Shown piece after piece: positions 23,201 to 33,961 of a stretch of 64,000 nt of DNA. The stretch lies in the NCBI GenBank assembly GCA_000091205.1, contig AP006502.2. One strand, given 5' to 3'. The number at the start of each line of letters is the position of its first letter. Within the stretch, counting starts at the first letter, position 1. A model generated the notes under the pieces. It was not told the DNA's origin. It did not search any database and was given only the letters and a program-made list of their open reading frames with translations. A program made the translations under genes and the position numbers. The DNA comes from Cyanidioschyzon merolae (taxonomy: Eukaryota).

Positions 23201-23688
23201 TTCGTGATATGGAACATTCCCTGGCAATTGAGCAAGCCAAGATACAGGATCTGATTTCAGTCCTCGAGCGCCTGGATCGGGCGCTAGAACACCAGTCTGC
23301 CGTGCGCCATGCAACGGAAGCTGTGTGGCGACGACAGTCCACGAACTGCACGGAATCGACACCTGGTCGAGAAACTCCGCAGACTGCATGGTTCCCTGGC
23401 CACGCTAGATCGCTGCTTCCCGACTGGATGACGCGTTCGCTACAGGCCGACGCGCTTTATGGCGCGAAAGCTGGAGCAAGCAACGCCCCAGCCGAGATGC
23501 AGGCCCGCGCCGCTCTCTGTCGAGTGCGTTCGCGAAACCGGTCGCTATCGAGCGCATGCGTCACCGGCAGCACCAGCGAGGCAACGCAGCAGCCAACCGA
23601 CACAAGTGCATCTGTTGCGACACGTGAACATGATGTTACATGGTTCAGCCCTTTCTGGCTCGAATCCCTGAACGCATCGTACCGCTGA
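20293..23688 (+). CDS. Vps18/Pep3-like HOPS/CORVET core subunit (probable beta-propeller followed by alpha-solenoid); no in-frame C-terminal RING-H2 is visible
   Basis: The 1131-aa ORF has an N-terminal ERITAVTVVSGSLRSLAD and LLLGTAQGTLYSCLV, which resemble human VPS18 ERITSLVVSSNQLCMSL and ILVGTAQGHIFEAEL. The rest is predicted helical. The expected C-terminal Cys/His-rich RING is absent from this frame. Confidence 0.45.
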   Translation: MNVARSMTLSLECLGVHLPCESVEVALVAPAGPCHCWVSTNRETVQQWYRESAEGLDRSSTGSESPVGVQNKDRSVWRIVAEFRAPGRVAFLVHLGKHGLLAQTADCKFLFVAGHWRSVKLPTWNERITAVTVVSGSLRSLADEPESRTSPTRFERTPQASTSSLHLLLGTAQGTLYSCLVPQFKMTAIWSTTTACSGAEPICGLRYLHAARTGSPGHELLILSTPTRLYYVMDPFSVSESARERLNLDRFMETAPCASADATMTAAGMVESIPQNKIGSLFGDWNWLSRTGILHFQVNRSALAAGQLPVVWEKSWIDLSGIFSASKEPYAVFGAVDIEPGCVLLGIQSASAADGAVFPAQGERAVVSDDNEPSLVTSLQECSITEHAPTPSRNAAPEECFVEERDSGVRVLPSSERGHTRGRDSASEACTSDELHPNTRAYSALALESVTSSVDQLDRSLSAETAEISPGDCMNITHVERSSVLPSVRDSNAAFESETFAFTQTPAADPQLPEAVSADSSVSCAAFEHALPSTGTRTEQVSLDARSEAASTDVDPVLGFIALYSLVDGRLRARMAVRKEHGRPLALLPGGLLVTSRATYCCRVSGDVLKAVQEAFVERYRLAEALANCKTTEQKDVVFLQYAEKLFSELGGIHEAATEADLQAQRIRKQQIAFYLARCRSLQVQDALKRMIEHCAVDAEMVLAYVEQRVLVEEDTLSTGALESLQKALQDYRSGADAETFLSQPCVLRDQSATDAMYGRLYRLMKPGSTAQVQLREQILQRALVLPPIAERKHGSFSNNEHEAIKLLQWAAVLLAEQGNEADLFALIQKHAPAVHEDRSFSGFLLWLVNRYGLWHVHIELLLMLDKQVGSDAGYREDALDVAFEHAAEMALEASPLLERLLDRICGEDRALWRQALDRAPASCRTAVWSRALLERRVVTLGEALDDRSTTRTTSPVDCPLPAQALSHLFRDMEHSLAIEQAKIQDLISVLERLDRALEHQSAVRHATEAVWRRQSTNCTESTPGRETPQTAWFPGHARSLLPDWMTRSLQADALYGAKAGASNAPAEMQARAALCRVRSRNRSLSSACVTGSTSEATQQPTDTSASVATREHDVTWFSPFWLESLNASYR

Positions 23689-23827
23689 GGGCACGCGAGC
23701 GACCTTCTGCATGCACCAGCCTCGATACCAGATTTATCCACAAATGTCTCTAATACCACACCGGCACACGCACGAACAGAGCAGAGCCCCGTACCCGCGA
23801 CGCCACAGGATTGGATGCGTATCTCCC

Positions 23828-23857
23828 GGGGCAGGGGCAGGGGCAGGGGCAGGGGCG
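23828..23857. repeat. (GGGGCA)5 hexanucleotide microsatellite
   Basis: ggggcaggggcaggggcaggggcaggggc, read directly, 3' of the Vps18-like gene. Confidence 0.9.
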
Positions 23858-25096
23858 TCTGTGCTCGATGAAAACGGAAAGCGCGCGTGCTGCTGCGTGC
23901 TGTGCCATGCGTGCGTCGTTGCCCGGCTGAAAGTGCACGCATTTTAGAAACAGAACAAATTTGAACATGGTGAATGTGCACGCGCACGGATCAGGTGCCA
24001 GCGCTATCGCTCATTGATTCGTCGCTGTGTCATGCCGTGTCACGTCGAGGCACTGACAGCACCGCTGGGATGTGTCCACGTTGCAGGATCCGTCTATTTC
24101 TGGTGTACGATCGATGCGTAAAACGAGAATCCAGGGGTATGGAAACGCTGCTGGTAAACAGGACAAGGACCATCGCATCCCCGTAGACGTCTCCGTGTAC
24201 GATGGATCTTCGACTATTCCCTCGGTCGAGATGGCAACTACATGCCTCCAGCGACTTTGAGCGTGGCGCGTCTATCCCAAACGCTTGCTTGGACGCCCGA
24301 TGCGCCGCTGCTGCTGTCGCCTGAGGGATACAGGACGGCCCCGCGGCTCGTTTAGGGACATCGGCTCGCGATTCGGAGTAGTCGGTGCGGAGCAAGCGGC
24401 CTCTCGAGGAAGGATGTCTGCGAGCGCTTCGACGCGAGCGCGCGCTGCCTAGACGAATGCTCCTTTGACGCAGTATATGCACGGGCACCGATTATTACCG
24501 TTGTGGTGCGCAGCGGACAACGAGTGTGGCGAAAATGGCCAGTTTCTGTTTCCGCCCGAGAGCGGCATCCGTGATGTTCGTCTACGCTCGAGCCGGTGCA
24601 TGCCTGGGTCCGCAGCCAGCGACACAGCGCATCGTGCACATATTCAAACCACGAGCGCCGACGAGACCGAGTCTGGTGGAAACCAGCCAGGCGCCACCGA
24701 TGAAGTGGCACCGCGCCTAGTATCGCCGCAAGCGCTGGTCGCATGCGATACACTACTGGCGACGGGTGCCGGTGTGCGTATTCACAACTCGTTCGTGTAA
24801 GCGAAGCTTCCGCCGAATAGCAGAGAATCTGGCGAGGGTTTGTCGAGCAAGCTACTAGATTATCGATCGTGACTGCCCGCAGAAACTTCTGATTCGCCAC
24901 ATGTACGTACGTGGACGTGAGGCACCAGTCATCCACCCGCGAGTCTTGATGATCTGCGTTGAGACGCATATCATGAGACGCTTTTTTCGTGCTTGCGGTG
25001 CGACGTCGGGAAGCCTCGATAGATGCATGCGTTGCGGCAGCAGGGCTCGCCATCACCAGCCCTAGCGCCAGTGACACTTGAAAAACACTCTTCACT

Positions 25097-26053
25097 CTAC
25101 ACTTGTCTACTGCAAACGTTCTGTACCGACGGGTCCAACTTGTCCGCATCCACTTCCTCATCGCATGTTGTCGAGCCGGGCGCCGGTGCTGTCTCCACCA
25201 AATCACTTGTCTTGTGCAGCCTCGCGTTTGCGCTCGAAAACCATTCTCGCGGTCGCATTGATGCCGGCAAGTGCACCAGATCCTGCGCTGTGTCCACGTC
25301 GTTGAGCGTTACCGGTAAACATATCGTCCTGACGCCATCATTGCGCAGAGCTTCGACGGTGCGCGCGCATACATCATTCTGACTGAATACGAGGTGTGGG
25401 CCGAACGCAGCGTAGATGACTCTCGCCCAACGGGTTCGTTCTGCTGCCGCAAATGCTAAACCGAGCAAATAATAACCGCCGTCCTGCGCTGGTCCAATCA
25501 CCGCTCCATGACCGGCATGGAGCGCAGCGAATGCCTGCTGTAGCACCGCGGTATCAAGCGCCGGGCAGTCGCTTCCGATGACCACAACGTGCGCATCCCT
25601 CGATTCGTCTACCAGGCTTGTCACCTCCGTAAACGCTTGGATGAGTCGAGAGCCTAGCGGATCCTGCTTTTGATCACCAGTGCTCTGCACTTTAGAGGCT
25701 TTCTGTGGTGCGATCCGAAACGCCGGGTAACGATGACGAACCGAGTCGTCGAGCCAGCGTTCTACGCACTCCGCCTTCGCCTGCTCGCTCTCCACTGGGG
25801 TATAGTATAGGTGGACGGCGCCTGTTCCTCCAGCTTGCAGATCAAGGCCCTGCAACCAGTCATACGCCGTCGCAAGGGTGTTTTCTACCAGAGCGGCACT
25901 GATGCGCGTCGCAAGTGTCGAACCTATCTCCCGACTCAAACGCTGTTTCGTCAGGCCCGCTATCGGAGGCTTGGTGAAAACGACCAGGTGCAGCTCTTGT
26001 TCCGCACTCCACGTGGAGATTGGCTGCGCATGGTCAACATTTTCCCCTTGCAT
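25097..26053 (-). CDS. DUF2064 / TIGR04282-family (MobA-like, GT-A fold) putative glycosyltransferase, bacterial or cyanobacterial type
   Basis: VVFTKPPIAGLTKQRL matches the DUF2064 N-terminal signature (V.aK.P.pG.vKTRL). VVIGSDCPALD and GPAQDGGYYLLGL match the conserved central motifs of the family. The ORF is 318 aa. Confidence 0.6.
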   Translation of the reverse strand: MQGENVDHAQPISTWSAEQELHLVVFTKPPIAGLTKQRLSREIGSTLATRISAALVENTLATAYDWLQGLDLQAGGTGAVHLYYTPVESEQAKAECVERWLDDSVRHRYPAFRIAPQKASKVQSTGDQKQDPLGSRLIQAFTEVTSLVDESRDAHVVVIGSDCPALDTAVLQQAFAALHAGHGAVIGPAQDGGYYLLGLAFAAAERTRWARVIYAAFGPHLVFSQNDVCARTVEALRNDGVRTICLPVTLNDVDTAQDLVHLPASMRPREWFSSANARLHKTSDLVETAPAPGSTTCDEEVDADKLDPSVQNVCSRQV

Positions 26054-26110
26054 ATCGTCATCGACAGCATCAACTCACTCGCTCAGTGCGTCATCCCTAT
26101 AAGCAAACAA

Positions 26111-26137
26111 GAGCAGCAACAGCAGCAGCAGCAGCAC
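26111..26137. repeat. (CAG/CAA)n trinucleotide microsatellite
   Basis: gagcagcaacagcagcagcagcagcac, lying between the DUF2064 gene start and the 79-bp minisatellite. Confidence 0.85.
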
Positions 26138-26257
26138 GGCAAGTGCGCCCTCGTTAGCAAGCGACCGGGTACGCAGGCGGCATCGATGGCACCGTGCACC
26201 GGCGTCCGGCAGAGCGCAAGTGCGCGCTGGCCCCGCGCCGCTGCTAGTCGCCTGAAC

Positions 26258-26810
26258 ATGAACGCGTGTGTGCTCACCAGCGGCAATGCTTTCTCTCCAG
26301 GTGCACGATCGATGAATGGACGCAGATTCCTCGATCATGAACGCGTGTGTGCTCACCAGCGGCAATGCTTTCTCTCCAGGTGCACGATCGATGAATGGAC
26401 GCAGATTCCTCGATCATGAACGCGTGTATGCTCACCAGCGGCAATGCTTTCTCTCCAGGTGCATGAACAATGAATGGACGCAGATTCCTCGATCATGAAC
26501 GCGTGTGTGCTCACCAGCGGCAATGCTTTCTCTCCAGGTGCATGAACAATGAATGGACGCAGATTCCTCGATCATGAACGCGTGTGTGCTCACCAGCGGC
26601 AATGCTTTCTCTCCAGGTGCACGATCGATGAATGGACGCAGATTCCTCGATCATGAACGCGTGTGTGCTCACCAGCGGCAATGCTTTCTCTCCAGGTGCA
26701 CGATCGATGAATGGACGCAGATTCCTCGATCATGAACGCGTGTGTGCTCACCAGCGGCAATGATTTCTCTCCAGGTGCATGAACAATGAATGGACGCAGA
26801 TTCCTCGATA
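26258..26810. repeat. 79-bp minisatellite, 7 tandem copies (unit atgaacgcgtgtgtgctcaccagcggcaatgctttctctccaggtgcacgatcgatgaatggacgcagattcctcgatc)
   Basis: Unit starts at 26258, 26337, 26416, 26495, 26574, 26653 and 26732. Copies carry the variants gcacgatcgatg vs gcatgaacaatg, and ORFs on both strands repeat the same peptide. It lies in the divergent spacer between the DUF2064 and MGMT genes. Confidence 0.95.
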
Positions 26811-26988
26811 ATATGTGCATGGATAGAGCGTGGGAAGAGACTCCAGCTCATTTATCGGTGCTTGAAGCTTGTCATCGCTGCTCGGCTCCGTAGTCGCCCG
26901 TGTAAGAAAAGCGTGATCGATCTGGGAGCATCTTCGGTGCTGGATGCGTTCCCGCCACCTTTCCCGTACGCAGACAAGAGAGCAACAC

Positions 26989-27036
26989 TGTGTCTCTGTT
27001 TCTGTCTCTGTCTCTCTCTGTGTGTGTATGTGTGTG
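26989..27036. repeat. Compound (TC)n/(TG)n dinucleotide microsatellite
   Basis: tgtctctgtttctgtctctgtctctctctgtgtgtgtatgtgtgtg, just upstream of the MGMT coding region. Confidence 0.85.
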
Positions 27037-27141
27037 AACGCTGACTCGAGGACGTTGGCTCCGGAGAGCTGTGTGCTCACTCGGCGCGTCGTCCTGCAAA
27101 ATAAGGGCAGGCGCCAGCACCCGCATGCCGCCTTTGCCCAG

Positions 27142-27780
27142 ATGAACACCGTTGGCGGCTCGAGATATCGGGGCGAGCGTCTTGTTCCTCAGTGCCAACG
27201 CATGGCGAGGTCTACTGGGACCTCTTTTAAGGAGAAACGTAGGCGTTTGGCCTCGGGAAGCGTTCTGTTTTCCAAGTGCTTACGCAAGTCATGTTGCGTT
27301 TGCCTGGACGCGACGCTGTCTGACTTTGAGAAAGCGGTTTATCACGTGGCCGCGAGTATCGAGCCGGGACGTGTCGCGACATACGGCACCATAGCGCAGG
27401 TGATTAAGCCAACGGAAGGCGCGCGAGCTGCTCGAGCCGTTGGCACTGCGTTGCGGAAGAATCCTTACTGGAAAGAGGGCTGCGTTCCTAAAGTTCCTTG
27501 CCACCGTGTCGTAGCGGCAGATCGGACGCTCGGTGGTTACATGGGCGTTAAAGACCCCAAAAGCACGCAGCTGGAGCGGAAACGCTGCATCATGCTTGAA
27601 GAGGGCGTGCCGCTGACGCGAAACAAGCGTGGTCAATGGGTCGTTGTGGAAAACGTCGCTGGAGGCGGCGGCACGAGCGCTGGGCAGCCGCTTCTGAGCC
27701 CCGCAGAGCTGCGCGCAATAGCTGCTACCTTCGCCAGCGCTTCTAGTCTTTCACCTGAAGGGTGTTCGACCCCCAGATGA
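27142..27780 (+). CDS. MGMT: O6-methylguanine-DNA methyltransferase (MGMT/Ogt), mainly the C-terminal catalytic domain
   Basis: Active-site motif VPCHRVV lies in the context TYGTIAQVIKPTEGARAARAVGTALRKNPYWKEGCVPKVPCHRVVAADRTLGGYMG, which matches the canonical helix-turn-helix plus PCHRV region. The listed ORF starts at 26944 but runs through a (TC/TG)n microsatellite; I placed the start at the Met at 27142, which is tentative. Confidence 0.75.
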   Translation: MNTVGGSRYRGERLVPQCQRMARSTGTSFKEKRRRLASGSVLFSKCLRKSCCVCLDATLSDFEKAVYHVAASIEPGRVATYGTIAQVIKPTEGARAARAVGTALRKNPYWKEGCVPKVPCHRVVAADRTLGGYMGVKDPKSTQLERKRCIMLEEGVPLTRNKRGQWVVVENVAGGGGTSAGQPLLSPAELRAIAATFASASSLSPEGCSTPR

Positions 27781-30247
27781 GTGTCATCAAAAGCGTTTTC
27801 GCGGTTTACATTAGATGCGTTCGAAGTGCGTTCCTTTGAAGAAATAAAAATCCAAGGGAGATGTATGAGCGTACAAGTCGGGGATCCTAGCGGGCCGTCC
27901 TAACCAGATTCTACGAAGACATGAAAAAATGCTCATCGCACCGACCCTCGATCGAAGAGGAACATATTCCGAAAAAGATGAAGAAGAGGGGAGACAGGCG
28001 AGAAATGGTGTTTGCTGCACGTCTCGATAACGAGACTGTAGTGGCACAGGGGCCGCGCGTTCGATGAACCCTTGCACTGGTGCGTTCAACCAGCGTCAAT
28101 GCACGCGAGGAGTTCGTGAACCGAGTCTTCAATGCCACCATCAATATCAGACGATGTGTGGTACTAAAGACGAGACCCGCGAAGCTGGCGCCGTTTATGT
28201 TTCTGGGGCATGCTCTCAAACTCGTATCGTGCCTGGATAAACTGGAACCGACACCAGCCGGCCGATCAAAAAAGCGAGAGGCGTCTGCGCATCGATGCAT
28301 ATATACCCGTCATGGGCTGGAAACGTTTTTCGTTTTACGAACTATAACATATAGTATTGCTTGGGCATCGTATTCCAGGGGAATTCGCACTTGTTGCTGT
28401 CAGGGAGCATTGAGCTGTAATGGTGCATCCTGCGCTTCGAGTGATGCGTCGATGCAGCAACCATGCCACCGGAGCATGCGTCTCTACGAGAGGCGGTCAA
28501 TGCTGGGGCCGCACCGCATTGCGACGCGCCCCACGAGCAGACGTGCCTGCTGAGACGCCGCAAACCGGTTCTGAGTCCGTCCAACGACGCATTCAGCATC
28601 GTGTCGAGCGTTCACGGCACGCTGACCACACGAAAGCTCACTGGATGCATCAAGCCGGTAACCCGAACGGAAGTCTGGTCTGGGGTCAGTGAAACGGAGC
28701 GGTGACAGGAGCGGCGTGGCGAGCGCTTCGCACCTTGCGCTCATCAAGCACTCGTGGGTGGAGCTGCTCGTTCGAATCATCGAACGTTTGCCATTACAAA
28801 CTGTGCATCTCTGAACTTATTTCAGTGAAGAATGGCATAGGCCCACTTGGCTGGACCGGGTGTACGCGCTCAGGTTTGGTTCTCATGCTCTGATTGTCAG
28901 TACCAGTTATGGCAGGCGCTTCCTGCGACTGCCTCGGTTTCCTCTCTCACATCTTCGGCTTCCAGTACGTCGAGTTCTCCTTTCCCTATAGATTTGTTAT
29001 CAGCAATCGAAAGATATTGACGGCAGCGTTAAAGCCCCAATGTCGCAGCTTCCTCCCGTTATTCTCCTGAGGTACACTCAGCGAGAAGTTGCGATCTACG
29101 TTTCGCATGTCATTTCTATGCTCTTCGTATGCAGCCGCGGTGCACCTGTTGCAGCGGTACCATCGGGCCGAGTGCAAGCGTTCCCATGTGTATACCATAT
29201 CTTGGCGTTCGGTCGCCGCCCTGTGGCACGTAAAGGACTGCTTCAGCGGTCAGCACACGCCCATGACGGGTTCAGAAGGCTCACTTCGATATCCTCTTCT
29301 GTTTCCGCGCCCGGTGCCGTATCCGACGCTCGCGAGCTTGGTCTGGGCGATCCCCGCAGCGAGAACTCCATCTGCCGCACACGCAAGTGCACGCTGCCCC
29401 GCTCAGGAGAGGATTCGTGGTGCGCGATACTGTCCATAATGAACCCAAGTTTCTGAGGGACAAATGCAGGCCCAGGCAGAAATCGAGGAATTTCGATTTG
29501 TCGAAGCGCGCTTCCCGCAAAGCACTGATACGGTCCATTGGGATCAGTTGTTGCGGGGATCGTCGGTCGAGTCCCAGAAACTCTTGTGCGCAAACGGAAG
29601 ACACGTTAGCCTCTGAGAGAGTATCACGTAACAGGTGTCATGCTGGCGTGGAATTCCTTTTTTCGTCGATGAACAGAAGGAGAGGAGGATTCGTCTGTTG
29701 AACGAAATCCATGATCTAAGGTGACAAGTTCACCAGTTTTTGGGCAGGTGCTTGAGAACAAGTCGACAAGGCCCGACGTCGAGATGCTCTGGTCGTTAGT
29801 GCAGCGGCGGAGAACGCTGCACGCACGAGTTGCGTTGAAACAGAAACATTCAAAATCTCGAAGAATGCATGAGTTGAACATGCTATTCATGAGGAAAGGA
29901 CACGGTCGGAGGCTTCTACGCACGAACCAGATGATGATATCGCTCACTTGACGAATCTCTGTTTGGGGGCTTCACGAAGTATACTGGTGGCGGTGACGAC
30001 ACGAACCCGATGGTGAGCGCCTCGAGGCCACAAGTATCCGCAGCCGCTACTTCATACTGCTGGTGCTGCTGGTGCCGCCCTCGAGTCGCACCAGGGACAC
30101 ACTCGTATGTCTGAGAGGCACCGGGCCTCACGAGCGCATGGACACCCAAGCCTCTGCATATACTCGGGTCGAGTGACTCTGGCTTGTGCTCGCTGCGTGC
30201 ACGCGGTGCAATAACCATGGAGCAGGTCGAATCAAGACGCTTCGTCT

Positions 30248-32311
30248 TTACAGTTCGTCGTGTTCCTCGCTATCCCGATCATCATCTGCCGACGAGTCTG
30301 CTGACGAGTCCTTGCCGGTTCCCTTTGCGGACTCGTAGGTCTTCAGAATAATCGGCTGAACAACGTCTTGGAAGGCCTTCATCCGTTCCTCGATGGCGGC
30401 CGCATCCGAGGCTTCACCGTGCTCGTCCAGCCAGTCCTGAGCGCTCTCAACACTGTCTTTGAGCTTGTCTATATCGTCTGTGCTGAGTTTGGTCTTTTTG
30501 TCCTTGTCCTCGTACATCTGACGCACCTGGTAGATGTAGTTTTCAAAGTTATTTTTGGCGTCCACCTTGCGTTTGAGCTTGGCATCGACCTCGGCGTACT
30601 CCTCTGCCTCACGAACCATTCGCTGGATTTCTTCGTCCTTGAGGCGTCCTTTGTCGTTTCGAATGGTGATCTTCTCGCGTTTGCCTGCCGTCTTCTCCTC
30701 TGCACTGACCTGGAGAATGCCGTTTGCGTCGATCTCAAACGTGACTTCTATTTGTGGAACACCGCGCGGAGCAGGCGGAATGCCCGTCAGTTCAAACTTA
30801 CCCAGCAGATGGTTGTCCTTGGTTGCAACGCGCTCGCCCTCGTACACTTGAATGAGCACGGAACTCTGCCGGTCCACATGGGTCGTAAATATCTGACTCT
30901 TCTTCGTTGGGATGGTGGTTCCGCGGTTAATGATTTTGGTCATGACACCACCAACGGTCTCAATGCCAAGCGACAAGGGCGTCACGTCTAGAAGCAGGAT
31001 GTCTTTGGTGGTTTCCCCACCCTCGCCAGATAAGATCGCGCCTTGCACCGCCGCGCCGTACGCGACAGCCTCGTCAGGATTGATGCCTTTCGAGGGCTGC
31101 TTCCCGTCGAAGAACTCCGTAATGAGTTCCTGTATCTTGGGAATGCGCGTGGAGCCACCAACCAAAACGATCTCGTCGATATCCTTCTTCTCCTTCTTGG
31201 CATCTTTGAGGACGATCTCCACTGGCTTGAGCGTCTTGCGAAACAGATCCATGTTCAGGTTTTCGAAGCGAGCTCGTGTCAGCTCCTCGATGAGATCCTT
31301 CCCATCCATGATGGATTCAATCTCGATCCGCACCTGCGTCTGGTAACTGAGCGCTCGCTTCGCCTTTTCCACTTCGCGCCGAAGCTTAGCCATCGCACGT
31401 TTATCGGTCCGCAAGTCCAAGCCATCGTTCTTCTTCTTGAATTGTTTCACCAAATAATCCATCACCCGCTGGTCAAAATCTTCGCCTCCTAAGTGGGTAT
31501 CGCCGTTCGTCGCGAGCACTTCAAAGACACCGTCATCGAGGGTAAGTAGCGTCACGTCAAAGGTACCACCACCTAGGTCGAAAACAAGAATGTTCTTCTC
31601 AGAGCCGCCCTTGTCGAGCCCGTATGCAATGGCGGCAGCGGTCGGCTCATTGATGATGCGCTGAACCGTCAGGCCGGCGATGGTGCCTGCATCCTTCGTA
31701 GCCTGCCGCTGTGCGTCATTGAAATATGCCGGCACGGTGACGACCGCGTTCTTCACAGGCTTACCTAAATAGTCTTCAGCAATTTTCTTCATTTTGCCTA
31801 GGATCATTGCACTTATCTCTTCGGGCGAGAACGTCTTCACTTCCCCATCGCGCACTTCTACCCGAATGTAAGGTTTGCCGTCCTTGTTCACGACTTTGTA
31901 CGGCAATAACTTTATATCTTTCTGGACAGTCTCTTCATCGAAACGCCTTCCGATGAGTCGTTTCACGTCGAAAATCGTCCGCTCCGGGTTCAGTGCCAGC
32001 TGGTTCTTTGCAGCGTCGCCAATGAGTCGCTCCTTGTCCGTAAAGGCGACATACGACGGCGTAATCCTGTTCCCTTGCTCGTTTGCTATTATTTCGACTT
32101 TGCCGTTTTTAAAAACACCGACACAGCTGTAGGTTGTGCCCAAGTCTATGCCGATTACAGGACCCTCGATTTTACCGCCACCGCTGCTGGCGTCTTTCGC
32201 ACCGACCAACACTGCTCGACCGAACAGACAGCAGCACACGTGCACCAAAACCGCAACGAGTGCCCAGTTCCATATACTTACGCGCCTGTAACTGAACCTG
32301 CGTGTTGCCAT
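30248..32311 (-). CDS. BiP: ER luminal HSP70 chaperone BiP/GRP78 with C-terminal HDEL
   Basis: Carries the HSP70 signatures [24 protein letters not shown] and [14 protein letters not shown], and the C-terminus is ...SEEHDEL. A hydrophobic signal-peptide-like N-terminus begins at [25 protein letters not shown]. The upstream in-frame extension to 32575 passes through a (GCGT)n microsatellite and is probably not coding. Confidence 0.95.
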   Translation of the reverse strand: MATRRFSYRRVSIWNWALVAVLVHVCCCLFGRAVLVGAKDASSGGGKIEGPVIGIDLGTTYSCVGVFKNGKVEIIANEQGNRITPSYVAFTDKERLIGDAAKNQLALNPERTIFDVKRLIGRRFDEETVQKDIKLLPYKVVNKDGKPYIRVEVRDGEVKTFSPEEISAMILGKMKKIAEDYLGKPVKNAVVTVPAYFNDAQRQATKDAGTIAGLTVQRIINEPTAAAIAYGLDKGGSEKNILVFDLGGGTFDVTLLTLDDGVFEVLATNGDTHLGGEDFDQRVMDYLVKQFKKKNDGLDLRTDKRAMAKLRREVEKAKRALSYQTQVRIEIESIMDGKDLIEELTRARFENLNMDLFRKTLKPVEIVLKDAKKEKKDIDEIVLVGGSTRIPKIQELITEFFDGKQPSKGINPDEAVAYGAAVQGAILSGEGGETTKDILLLDVTPLSLGIETVGGVMTKIINRGTTIPTKKSQIFTTHVDRQSSVLIQVYEGERVATKDNHLLGKFELTGIPPAPRGVPQIEVTFEIDANGILQVSAEEKTAGKREKITIRNDKGRLKDEEIQRMVREAEEYAEVDAKLKRKVDAKNNFENYIYQVRQMYEDKDKKTKLSTDDIDKLKDSVESAQDWLDEHGEASDAAAIEERMKAFQDVVQPIILKTYESAKGTGKDSSADSSADDDRDSEEHDEL

Positions 32312-32473
32312 GTCCACCTGGCCTAGTTCCTTTACCCGTCGAGGGACGACGTCGCACACGACGACAACAACCCCAAACGCAGTAGTTGTGTTAGCAGCAC
32401 CGCCGTTTCGAGCGATGCTGTCCAGCGGCTGCAGCGATGCCGATTCGGATTGCTTCCTCAAGCGGCGATGGTG

Positions 32474-32484
32474 CATGCGTGCGA

Positions 32485-32516
<32 letters not shown>
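32474..32516. repeat. (GCGT)n tetranucleotide microsatellite
   Basis: gtgcgagcgtgcgtgcgtgcgtgcgtgcgtgcgtgcgcgc, about 170 bp upstream of the BiP start; a related (CA/CG)-rich tract lies at about 32600-32660. Confidence 0.85.
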
Positions 32517-33961
32517 GCCTCTTGCGCATGTTGATTGAACACACACGCAGCGGCATCGCAGCGATGATGCGCCATGCGCCTTCAGCAGCAGGCGATTTCG
32601 GATGCACGGCAGGCGCATCGTCTGGGCACTGCAGGCGTGGAGCGCGCGCGCACACACGCATACACACCAAATTTGGCATGCAGATTGGCGGCACGCATCG
32701 CTTTGGCCTACGCGTGCCATGCGTTCCAGCGATTGCAGGCAGCGGTGCGACGCTGCGATCAGCGCTGGACACGTATGCAGGCCGATAGGTAGATAAGTTA
32801 GTTGGTACGAATGTACCATATAGTCCTTTCATCGGCAGCAGAGCAACACGCAGGATGCGATGATGCACGGCAGTGCCGCCGGGGCACGCACATTGCACCA
32901 TCGGGCGGTGGCATTGCACAGCCTGCTCGTAGATTGCGGGGAGGCGCATGCTCGAACATTTCTGAGGGCGTCTACGCTTCAGCGGGGGTCTGGCGGAAAG
33001 CCGTTCAGAGTATCGCTCGTCGCTCGGGCGCTTTATGCTCATTCGCTCGGAAGTACTGCTTTCCCGTACGCTTCTCCTTGATATGTTGTCGGGTGCCCGG
33101 ACGAGTCGATAGACCCCTTGACGCTGCACCGTCTGAGAGGTTGTTGGGCGTGCAGGGCGCCCAGCGCATGCCTCTATAATGAGGACACGTAACAAACGGT
33201 TGATATACAGGTACTGTGTCCGGTATCTTCGCGCAGCGTTCGATATTCGGGACAAAGCGTTGAGCGAGAGCGGCGGTGAGTATCCCGGTGCCATCCAGCA
33301 GTGCTCACACAGCGCATCCGTGTGGCTCGCATACCGGCCAACTGCATCCTCGCCGCAGAGACTCTCACAGCACCAGGTTTCAACAGAAATTTTAGAACGA
33401 TTCTAACGTTCTATGCAATTTCGTTACGTTAGCGGAGGGTTTGTATGCTTGAAGCGGCCGCATGTGATGATGCATAGTTTCATTGCTTGATTATCATTTC
33501 TGCACACAGAGGCTCTGTAGAACGTGCCCAGTGACCGCTAACACGTAGGACGGGGCGACCAGCGCGCTTCATCATGGGTGTTGGTGCAGCTCGGGCATTT
33601 TCGTAAAATCTATGATCGATGGGTCTAAGCAGGGATCCCCTTCGATGCACAATTGGTATCGGTACCCAGGGAAGCGGCCACGACTCAATTCCGGATCCTG
33701 CCAGTTCCACTTTTAACTCCCAGACTTGTTTCCGGACGTATCATGACAAGTCCGTGCGATCCTCCGGGTGTCGCGCACAGCATGCACCCCTGTCTCGGGG
33801 CCTGTAGCACCGCAGCGGGCGTCGCACCCAGCCAGAACGGCTTTTTCGTGGCCATGCGGCGGGAGACGGCTCGTGGGCGGCTCAAGCGCGGATTCCGTGT
33901 TGCAAGTTGGAACTGCGATTCCACCGATACTCCAGTAGCGCCAGAAACGTCCCTGCCCTGA

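Noticed and set aside
24352-25206. 284-aa minus-strand ORF between the Vps18-like and DUF2064 genes
   Set aside because: Arg/Ser-rich low-complexity translation (WWRQHRRPARQHAMRKW...) with no family signal. It was treated as spurious.
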